A stretch of 64,000 nt of DNA, from IMG/VR virus record IMGVR_UViG_3300029288_000076, positions 122,387 through 186,386 of that record, one strand, 5' to 3'. Below are positions 48,311 through 56,716 of this stretch, in pieces. The stretch is from a virus (Duplodnaviria; Caudoviricetes). The position numbers and the translations under genes were made by a program. Each line of letters starts with the position of its first letter. The first letter of the stretch is position 1. The notes beneath the pieces are model-generated. The model was not told where the DNA came from, did not search any database, and saw only the letters and a program-made list of their open reading frames with translations.

Positions 48311-48469
48311 ATGGATAATAAAAAAGATTCAAATAAAACTCCTTGTTGCTATAATTGTAATCAAAATAAAAACAAAAATGAGTATCATAAAGTTATAATT
48401 TGCAAATTATTTCAACCAGATGATTATAGACTTAAGAAGAGTGATCTTTGTGATATGTGGGAGAGATGA
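48311..48469 (+). CDS. Unannotated 52-aa Cys-rich protein
   Basis: MDNKKDSNKTPCCYNC...ICKLF...DLCDMWER*; AAGGAG RBS. Confidence 0.6.
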   Translation: MDNKKDSNKTPCCYNCNQNKNKNEYHKVIICKLFQPDDYRLKKSDLCDMWER

Positions 48470-48973
48470 ATGAACAACATTTTCTTTTGGGCTGATACGC
48501 ATTTTAGTCATGACAATATCAGAAAGTATTGTAATCGTCCATTCAAAACTATAAAAGAAATGGATGATGTTTATATTGAACGTTGGAATTCTACTGTTAG
48601 ACCTAATGATATAATTTACTTTTTAGGCGATTTTGCTTTTGATAATGCTAAAGAAATATTCTATTCTCTAAATGGTCAAAAGTTTTTAGTTGTGGGAAAC
48701 CATGATAAACATGATGTCTTAAAACTCCCTTGGTTACAGATAAGGGATTCAATTGGCTTACAAATTGATAAAGAATATATTTGGCTTAATCATTATCCTC
48801 ATAGAAGTTGGAATAGATCTTTTCATGGTTCTTGGCACCTATATGGACATGTTCACGGGAAGTTAGAACATTATGGAAAGTCCTTAGATGTTGGGGCAGA
48901 TGTTTTAGAACGACCTATAAGTTTTGATGATTTAAAAGTTGTTATGAAAGATAGGCCATTAATAGTGGTTTAG
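48470..48973 (+). CDS. Calcineurin-like metallophosphoesterase
   Basis: ADTHFSH, LGDF, GNHD, HYP, GHVH. Confidence 0.9.
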   Translation: MNNIFFWADTHFSHDNIRKYCNRPFKTIKEMDDVYIERWNSTVRPNDIIYFLGDFAFDNAKEIFYSLNGQKFLVVGNHDKHDVLKLPWLQIRDSIGLQIDKEYIWLNHYPHRSWNRSFHGSWHLYGHVHGKLEHYGKSLDVGADVLERPISFDDLKVVMKDRPLIVV

Positions 48974-48976
48974 AAA

Positions 48977-49393
48977 ATGTTTCATGCAAAGCCACCTAAA
49001 TGTAAACTAAATCATATTTTTACAGAAAATGGAAAGTCACTTTGCAAAAGAGTTTATATTTCACCAAATAATAGAAATTCACAATTAACATTTTCTATTC
49101 ATAGAAGTGGAAAGAACAATATTATTCCTCCTAATAAGCAATATGATTGTTTAGCTTGTTTCAAAACATATAATGAAGCAGCTATTCAAGATACTGTAGA
49201 AATACTTGATAATATAGTTAATGGAAAACTCAATTTTGTTTCTATAGAGATGGAATGTCCTCATTGTGGGCAAACAATGCTTTATGAAGTTAGACGGTCA
49301 ATGATTCACAAAGACGGAACATTTCATAAAACATGTAGCAATATAGAGTGTCGAAAAACATTTGGTGTTGTAATGCCAGTAAGGACCTATTAA
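48977..49393 (+). CDS. Zn-ribbon hypothetical protein
   Basis: CPHCG...CSNIEC. Confidence 0.5.
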   Translation: MFHAKPPKCKLNHIFTENGKSLCKRVYISPNNRNSQLTFSIHRSGKNNIIPPNKQYDCLACFKTYNEAAIQDTVEILDNIVNGKLNFVSIEMECPHCGQTMLYEVRRSMIHKDGTFHKTCSNIECRKTFGVVMPVRTY

Positions 49394-49400
49394 TATTTTG

Positions 49401-49474
49401 GGGACGGTAATTCAATGGAAGAATAGCAGACTTTTAATCTGTCTATGAGAGTTCAATTCTCTCTCGTCCCACCA
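49401..49474 (+). tRNA. tRNA-Lys(UUU)
   Basis: GGGACGG/TCGTCCC acceptor, loop CTTTTAA, CCA. Confidence 0.9.
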
Positions 49475-49497
49475 ATTTCAATTTTAAGGTTTCTTTT

Positions 49498-50183
49498 ATG
49501 ATTTGTGAGTATTGTGATCAAGAGCATGATGGATCTTATGCTTCAGGACGTTTTTGTTCTGTTAAATGTGCTAGAGGCTTTTCCTCAAAAGAAAAAAAAA
49601 AGAAATGAATGAAAAAGTTTCTAAAACATTAAAACAATTCTATAAAGATTTGTATGAAAAAGAACCTGAAGCTAGGATAAAAGCTAAAGAATTATTTATG
49701 TTAAATATGAAAAATAATCCTAAAACTCCTGAAGATATAATCATCAAAAAAGAGTGGGTTGCTAAAGCCATAAAAAGGAGGAAAGAATTTTTTAATTACA
49801 ACAGACCTTTAAATGATTTTTATTTACTTGTCCTTTCTTATTCAGGTAATTTAAGTTATAGAAAAGATGAACTTCCAGTTAAAGAGAAATTAGAAAAAAT
49901 ATTTAACTGTGAGTTTCGTAAAGAAAGAATAAAGGATAGATATATTGATTTTGCTTCTTCTGATTATCTTATTGAATATACAGCAAACACATCTAGGGGA
50001 ATCTATCTTGCAATTAGACGTTTATATTATGATTGTAAAGAGGATAAAAGACAGAAAATTTTAATTTCTCATGTTCATAAAATAGGTAAGACTTATAGAG
50101 AATTTTGTAAAGATATAATTCTTCTCCCGATATCTTTCTTAGAGAATGGAACTATTGAGGAAGTTATAAAAATAAAAGATTGA
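49498..50183 (+). pseudogene. Putative homing endonuclease split by a -1 frameshift in an A10 run
   Basis: MICEYCDQEHDGSYASGRFCSVKCARGFSSKEKK joins EMNEKVSKTL (49605 ORF) in the -1 frame; C-terminal IDF....LIEY. Confidence 0.6.
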
Positions 50184-50222
50184 CCCGCTACCAGAATTTT
50201 AATTGTTAATATGATATAGATT

Positions 50223-50675
50223 ATGAAACTCAAAATGAGAAAACAGCCAATTGGTTTTGGCGGTCTATGGTCTCAATCATTAGAAGCCGGCGATAGAATT
50301 GTTCATCATATGACAAATGATAAAGATGAAGTTTGGGATTTATATAAATCTACAGGGTGGTATAAAGCAAGATCAAACGAGCTTTCTTATAGAGTTGTAA
50401 AACCTCCACATCCAGATGCTAAGCCTATTTGTGAAAACAATATTTGGTATTGGGTATGGGAAGGCCCTAGACTGTATAAATGTTTTGATTGTAAAGGAAA
50501 AGGTTCTTATTTATATTCTGATCCAGGTGAAAAAGTTCAAGAATCAGATGGAAGTATTATATATCATCATCCTCCTTCAACTTATCCTGTTACTTGCACA
50601 ATTTGCAACGGAACAGGGAAAACTAATTTTAAAAAACAAAGAAGTGATTTTTGTTCAAAAAAGAATAAAAAGTAA
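50223..50675 (+). CDS. Hypothetical protein with DnaJ-type CxxCxGxG motifs
   Basis: CFDCKGKG...CTICNGTG. Confidence 0.55.
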   Translation: MKLKMRKQPIGFGGLWSQSLEAGDRIVHHMTNDKDEVWDLYKSTGWYKARSNELSYRVVKPPHPDAKPICENNIWYWVWEGPRLYKCFDCKGKGSYLYSDPGEKVQESDGSIIYHHPPSTYPVTCTICNGTGKTNFKKQRSDFCSKKNKK

Positions 50676-50745
50676 TAATAAGTAAACACAGCATTTGACT
50701 ATCAGAACAGTTAAAAGCTAAAGAAGAATATAAAAGGATAAAATA

Positions 50746-51003
50746 ATGAAAATTCGCAGAGTCGCCTTAGAAGGCCAAATAACTTTGGGGGTTAAAATAA
50801 ATTCTACAAAAAGTAACAAATCATTACCAAAGATGTCTATTTTATTCCAAACAGGCGATCAAAATGTTATGGAACAAGAATTATTAAGTGAGTTAATTTT
50901 TGACGGCTCTATTAATAAAAGACTAGATGACATTAAACATTTTATTAATGATTTAGAAGAAATAAAACATAAGCTCTTAGTAATAAAGAGCGCAAGATAT
51001 TAA
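50746..51003 (+). CDS. Hypothetical protein
   Basis: 85-aa ORF with RBS. Confidence 0.5.
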   Translation: MKIRRVALEGQITLGVKINSTKSNKSLPKMSILFQTGDQNVMEQELLSELIFDGSINKRLDDIKHFINDLEEIKHKLLVIKSARY

Positions 51004-51007
51004 CAAA

Positions 51008-51084
51008 GCCGGAGTAGCTCAATTGGTTAGAGCAACTGATTTGTAATCAGTAGGTTGAGGGTTCAAGTCCTTCCTTCGGCTCCA
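51008..51084 (+). tRNA. tRNA-Thr(UGU)
   Basis: GCCGGAG/CTTCGGC acceptor, loop TTTGTAA, CCA. Confidence 0.93.
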
Positions 51085-51328
51085 AAGTTAAAAAGAGGCA
51101 GTAGTCGCTAAATGTCTACATCGCTACTACCTGAGTCGCTAAGCGTCTTGGATAGTAGTTACCTCTTATTTAAAGAGATACTAAAATGGATTATATAAAA
51201 TATGAAAATCTTCCTTGCAAACATGATGCGAAAGTCGTTGGTCTTATTGGTATTGCTAATGCTTTCATATGGATTATAAATAAACTTCAACAATTTAAAA
51301 ATTGGATTAGTCTAAAAATTAAAAGCTA

Positions 51329-52245
51329 ATGATTTGTAAAATTTGTAATAAAATAATAAAAAATAATTTAGGGCTCTCTTTACATCTTAAAATACATAAT
51401 ATAACAATTTTTGATTATTTTGTTCAATATGATAATCTTAAAATCTTAAAATACCAAAATGTCCTTATTGTTTTAATAATGCAAAATATAGGTATAATAA
51501 GAAGTTTTATTTAACATGCTGTGATAAAAAATGTTTTATTAAAAGAAAATCTTATACATCATCAAATATTAATGAAGAAACAAGAGAGAAACTTAGGAAA
51601 GCTAGAGTTGAGTATATAAAAAAGAACACTGGCGAAACAGCTTACCAAAGAAGAAATGCTGGCAAAATGAGCTATTTGGAAGAGTGGTTTTATGATAATG
51701 TTATTATTAAGTACAATCTGGCTTCAAAATATGATATAATTAATGAACTTTCTATATATCCATATTTTATAGATTTTGCTTTTTCAAATATAAAAATAGC
51801 TGTAGAATTAGATGGAACATTTCATTTAGCTGAAAAGCAAATTCACCGTGATAATAAGAAAGATGCTTTTTTATTAGAAAATGGTTGGTCTGTTTTTAGA
51901 ATAAGATATGATGAAGCTAATGAAACAAAAATAAATGAATTTCTTAATTTTCTATATTCTTATGATAGTAAGCCAAAGCTTTTAGCAAATAAAGTTGAAA
52001 GAATAAAACGTCCTAAAAAAGAAAAAAGAATACATTCAATAACGTGGTTTAATAGAATACAAAAACAAAGAATAGAGTTGGTTATAAATAGTAATATTGA
52101 TTTTTCGAAGAAAACATGGAGAGTAGAGTTAGCAAAACTATTAAATATAAATTCTCAACATTCAACAAGATGGTTAAGAAAATTTATTCCTTGTTGGTAT
52201 AAAAATTATGCTAGAAAATATAGTAGACATATAGAATTATACTAG
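51329..52245 (+). pseudogene. DUF559/Vsr-like endonuclease frameshifted by an 8-nt tandem duplication
   Basis: AATCTTAA x2 at 51434-51449; removing one copy fuses 51329 with 51667; YFIDFA..IAVELDGTFH...GWSVFRI. Confidence 0.75.
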
Positions 52246-52251
52246 AATTAT

Positions 52252-52329
52252 TGACGGGTAGACGAATTGGTAATGTCCCTTGGCTTTGACCCAAGAGTCT
52301 TGAAGGTTCGAATCCTTCCCCGTCAGCCA
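52252..52329 (+). tRNA. tRNA-Gln(UUG)
   Basis: TGACGGG/CCCGTCA acceptor, loop CTTTGAC, CCA. Confidence 0.92.
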
Positions 52330-52337
52330 ACTATAAT

Positions 52338-52425
52338 GGGCGAGTGGCGGAATTGGTAGACGCCTCGGACTTAAAATCCGTTGTTCTTTACGGACGTGAG
52401 GGTTCAAATCCCTCCTCGCCCACCA
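52338..52425 (+). tRNA. tRNA-Leu(UAA)
   Basis: GGGCGAG/CTCGCCC acceptor, loop CTTAAAA, long variable arm, CCA. Confidence 0.93.
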
Positions 52426-52917
52426 ATTAACTTTAAGGAGAAATAAAATGGGAAGTAAAGATTGGAAGCCTAAAGACAGATTCAATGCTGAAGATTTTAT
52501 CAAACTTATACAGGAAAAAATTGATTCTGGAAAATTCGCTGAATTATATGATGAATATTTAAAAGAAAGGTATAATAAAAATGATATTTAATTCAATAGA
52601 AGATGATAAAAAGAGACTTTACATATCTATAGAAGACGTAATTATAATACTACTAAAAATCAAGCAGCATTATTCTACAATAACTGATTTTATTGCTGAA
52701 CTTGAGCGATTTAAATCAGAAGGATTAAAATAAGGTTACATAATGAATGAAAAAGTAAAAGCTAATTTTTGTCTTTATTGTGGAAGCGATTTATTAAAAG
52801 GAAATACTTTTCAAACAAAAACAGTTGAAGACAAAATTTATATAAAAATAGAATGTTTAAAATGTAATAACTATTTTTGGAGCCTTTTAGAAGATAAAAA
52901 GGAGAAAACAAACTCAA

Positions 52918-53142
52918 ATGCGAAACAAGATTAACAAACAATCTTTAACTTTAAAAGAAGTTTTCCAAATTAAAGGTTGGGAACATTTTCTAAGCGTCAA
53001 AGAGATGGCAGAAAAATATAATCTGCAAGTGTCTACTCTTCTAGCTCGTGTTAGGAAGGGTGAAGAATTTGATTCAATTACTCTGTACAACTTTTTGTTG
53101 ATACGGGAGAAAGATAATGGAAAATCAGGAGATTTGGAGTGA
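52918..53142 (+). CDS. Small HTH (excisionase-like) DNA-binding protein
   Basis: LSVKEMAEKYNLQVSTLLARVRKG. Confidence 0.6.
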   Translation: MRNKINKQSLTLKEVFQIKGWEHFLSVKEMAEKYNLQVSTLLARVRKGEEFDSITLYNFLLIREKDNGKSGDLE

Positions 53143-53599
53143 TTTTGATGCTTATGAAAAACTTATTTACCAACAATCATGGAAATTTCACCAACAGTTT
53201 AGAGCATACACAATAGAAGACCTCTTTCACGAAGGCGTTTTAGTGTTTGCTAAATGTAAACAGAAATACGATCCTTCTAGAAATGTTAAATTTGTAACAT
53301 TTCTACAAATCTGCTTATTCAGACATTTCTTAGCACTCCTTCATTATAAAGAAAAACACCTGACAACAACTGATTGGAAAAATAAGGTGAACCACCACGC
53401 TACAGAATCAACTTTAGAATTTAGTGAATTCAGTTATTCAATAAGCTCTATAAGGAATGTTAAAATTATTCCTCTCAATGGTTCAAGCAAGGTCTTAATG
53501 GAAAAGTTAAGACCTTTTATTTTAGAAGGGCGGCAAGTAAACTGGAAAACAAGAAAAAACTTGATTCCACAAATTAAGAAATGTTTATTGGTATGGTAA
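53117..53599 (+). CDS. Sigma-70-like factor (region 2)
   Basis: EDLFHEGVLVF.KC..KYDPSRNVKFVTF. Confidence 0.72.
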   Translation: MENQEIWSDFDAYEKLIYQQSWKFHQQFRAYTIEDLFHEGVLVFAKCKQKYDPSRNVKFVTFLQICLFRHFLALLHYKEKHLTTTDWKNKVNHHATESTLEFSEFSYSISSIRNVKIIPLNGSSKVLMEKLRPFILEGRQVNWKTRKNLIPQIKKCLLVW

Positions 53600-54439
53600 T
53601 TAAATGATTACACAAGATACTTTTACAAAGCTCTATGATTCAGTTAGTAAACAAACTTTCCCCACAAAAAATTACAAATTTTGGTTGCATCCATGTCATA
53701 GAGACTTTATAGATTCTATAAGCTATGGAGATCCACTTGAAGAAAACTTTCATATTAAATATGGTAACAAATATAAAATATATGAATGGCTTGGATTTGA
53801 AATTGTTTTTGATCTTAATGTTCCAATAGAAGCTGTATATTTTAAAGAGAGTATAGAATGAAAACTAAAACAGTTTTATTTATGAGCAATAACTACTTTG
53901 GCAATCTATTTTCATTTACTTTTACACTTTTAAATTACTTAACTCATTTCTATTATATTAACTATATCTATAATAATCAATTTTACTTTCAAGTAGTTAG
54001 AACTGTAAAATTAAATATAACTTTCTTTCAATTTGAATTTATGTTCTTTTTAAAACCAATTGAAGAAAAAAAATGAAAACTTATTATTTAGTAGTTCTTG
54101 TTTTTGGATTTTGTTTATTTGCTTCAGTTTTAGGTATAGTTATAGAAAACTTTTTATTGTTTTATTCTGAATTAGCTTTGACTATGCTTACAATAGCAGT
54201 TATTGTTTATGATTACAAGAGATATAAGAAGGTAAAAAAATGAAAAAGTTGTTTTATCTCACAGGAAAAGCATTCTTTTGGTTAGAGATTAAATTTAACA
54301 ATTGCATTGTTGGATATTATGGCAAAAGAATTGTAAGTTATGAAAAATGTTTAGAAATTTGTAAAAAAGAGCTTGCTCTTTATAAAGAACATCTTATAGA
54401 AGCAGAAAATAGTTTTAACAATTTTAAAGAGGAATGTAA

Positions 54440-55543
54440 ATGACAAGAAAAAGAAAATTTAATCTGTTTGGACTTGGTGAAGGGGGTTCTAGAATTGCTG
54501 ATGAACTTTATAAAAAAATGAAATCACACCATGATATCAATCTATCTTTTATCAATACAGCGTCACAAGATCTTGAAAAACATAAAGGCGATAATATCTT
54601 GATGCTTGAAGGCGAAGGAACTGGAAAGCGTATTGAAAAGGGAATAACTATCGTTGCTAATCATTCAGAAGAAATTCAAAATTTTGTCGAAGCTATAACA
54701 GCTGAAAACAAAGTTCATTTTCATATGATTATTGCCTGTCTTGGTGGAGGATCTGGTTCTACTATTTTTGACAAAGTTGTTGAAAGTTTACCAAGTCATG
54801 AAAAAATTGTAGCAATTTTAGTTCTTCCAGAACTTTCAGAAGAAATTCCTGCTAATCCAAATAGCTTTCTTAATCTTCAGCGAATTTATTTCAAATATTC
54901 TTCTAAGCTTAGTAACATGATTATTATTGACAATGATGAACTGTTTAAAAGCTTCTCAAAAACTGTTGATGTTGAAAACTATTATGATAAAGCAAATGAT
55001 TTTCTTACTCATAGATTAGATTCTATATTTTCATTAGACGGGTTTACATCTCAAACTCATTCAAGCGTTGACAATAATGAAATTGATGAAGTTTTGTTTT
55101 CAGGAAATGGTTGTTTTAAATGTTACAGTATCAAGTTTGAAGAACTTACTAACGAAATGGTAGAAGGAATCTTTGAACAATTTATTGAAGTAGATACAGA
55201 TATATTTCAGGTTGGTAATTGGAAAAGTGCAAAAAGAGTTTTAGCTTTCATAGAATATAAAAACCAACAATGTATTGATATGAAACGTTTCTTTAGATTA
55301 CAAGAAATAATTAAGAAAAAGGTTAAAAATACTTATTTTGCTTTTTCAGCTAAAATTAGTAAAGAACTTGACTTAAATTATGCCATAACTATTTTTGCTA
55401 ACGGACTTGATTTGCCAACAAAAAGAATTAGTAAAATTAGCAAAGAAGCTAAAAGATCTTTAGTTCTTTTAAGAGAGAAAAACGATAAGACTAAAGACAA
55501 AGAAGTTTTTAAAAAAGAAAAAGGATTTAATTTTAAGTTCTAA
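54440..55543 (+). CDS. Tubulin/FtsZ-family GTPase (TubZ/PhuZ-like)
   Basis: GLGEGGSRIAD, INTASQD, GTGK, signature GGGSGS, IDN, VDNNE. Confidence 0.88.
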   Translation: MTRKRKFNLFGLGEGGSRIADELYKKMKSHHDINLSFINTASQDLEKHKGDNILMLEGEGTGKRIEKGITIVANHSEEIQNFVEAITAENKVHFHMIIACLGGGSGSTIFDKVVESLPSHEKIVAILVLPELSEEIPANPNSFLNLQRIYFKYSSKLSNMIIIDNDELFKSFSKTVDVENYYDKANDFLTHRLDSIFSLDGFTSQTHSSVDNNEIDEVLFSGNGCFKCYSIKFEELTNEMVEGIFEQFIEVDTDIFQVGNWKSAKRVLAFIEYKNQQCIDMKRFFRLQEIIKKKVKNTYFAFSAKISKELDLNYAITIFANGLDLPTKRISKISKEAKRSLVLLREKNDKTKDKEVFKKEKGFNFKF

Positions 55544-55557
55544 ACTTTAAATTTATA

Positions 55558-55588
55558 AAAGAGCTAAATAATTTCTATTTAGCTCTTT
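55558..55588 (+). terminator. Intrinsic terminator-like hairpin after the tubulin gene
   Basis: AAAGAGCTAAATA-ATTTC-TATTTAGCTCTTT followed by a T-rich tract. Confidence 0.75.
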
Positions 55589-55589
55589 A

Positions 55590-56135
55590 TTTTGTTCTGT
55601 TAATTAATAACTATAAAATAAAAGTTTAAAAGTTAATATATAAAATTTTTATATATTAGATTTAATAATTAAGATATTATAATTTAAGTTAATCTATTTA
55701 AAAATATTATAATAAAAACAAAACTATTTAAAGTTTTTTATATTTTAACTTATTTATAACTTTTAAACTTATAATTTAATTCTATTAATATAAAAATATA
55801 ATGATTATATTAAATATTATAAATATATAAAATAAGAATTAATACTAACTTTTAAAAGTATTAAGAATTTTAAAATTTTTTAAAAAAAAGAACAATTTTG
55901 AAGCAAAAAAGGAGTGATTTTTGAAAGTTATATTTAAATTATATATAATTATAATTAACTAGCTTTTTGTGCTTTCTAACTATTTAAAATCATTACAATT
56001 TTGAGCTGTAAAAAATGCATTTTAAAAAATTTAAATCTACTAAAATAAGTAACTATACATCTAAAATCCAATTTTTCATAAATTTCTAAACTACTAATAT
56101 TTATACTTTTTAAAATATTAATTTATAACTATTTT
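55590..56135. other. Extremely AT-rich non-coding region between convergent gene blocks
   Basis: No ORF; palindromes; 14-bp inverted repeat 55622-55635 / 55757-55770. Confidence 0.7.
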
Positions 56136-56534
56136 TCACTTAGTTAGATATAAACTTAATCCTGCTCCTACAAGAACGCCAAGCAAAAACGATGTTCCTA
56201 ATCTCTTTATCTCTTGCCAAAATGTAGGAAAAGATTTGTTTTTCATTACATCACTAATCTTATCACTTTGCAATTGATACATCTTAGCATCAGTATAAAG
56301 AGAAGCAGCATCTTCATCTAGCATTACTGTTGTTCCGATTTCTGTCCCAGGTTTAATTGTAGGATTAACGATATCTTTACCAGCTAAAATATCTTTAGCT
56401 ACTGAATCTCTATACTCTTCTTCAGTAACTATAAAGTCGTCAGGGCTTGGGAGTTTGAGAGTGTAGCATGCCGTTAATAGCATAATGCAGCTGATCAAGA
56501 GGCAAAGACCTTGTATAAACTTTGTTTTTTTCAT
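56136..56534 (-). CDS. Spanin-like lipoprotein with a C-terminal transmembrane helix
   Basis: Lipobox LLTAC; C-terminal FLLGVLVGAGLSLYL. Confidence 0.6.
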   Translation of the reverse strand: MKKTKFIQGLCLLISCIMLLTACYTLKLPSPDDFIVTEEEYRDSVAKDILAGKDIVNPTIKPGTEIGTTVMLDEDAASLYTDAKMYQLQSDKISDVMKNKSFPTFWQEIKRLGTSFLLGVLVGAGLSLYLTK

Positions 56535-56700
56535 AATTATTCTCCATTGTTTGAATTGCTTGAAAATTAGGATTTAATTCAGTGCTTATATGTTGTTCTG
56601 GTTTAGTAAACTTATTATATAGCCAAGCACCAAAAATCATTATTGAAATAATAACAATTAACATTATAACAAGTTTTAACCACCAAGGAATCATTTTCAT
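56440..56700 (-). CDS. Inner-membrane spanin-like protein
   Basis: N-terminal TM helix; 3' end overlaps the lipoprotein gene by 95 nt. Confidence 0.55.
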   Translation of the reverse strand: MKMIPWWLKLVIMLIVIISIMIFGAWLYNKFTKPEQHISTELNPNFQAIQTMENNYEKNKVYTRSLPLDQLHYAINGMLHSQTPKP

Positions 56701-56716
56701 ATTTTTCTCCTTTTTA

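Noticed and set aside
52237-52503. 88-aa minus-strand ORF
   Set aside because: It is the antisense shadow of tRNA-Gln and tRNA-Leu
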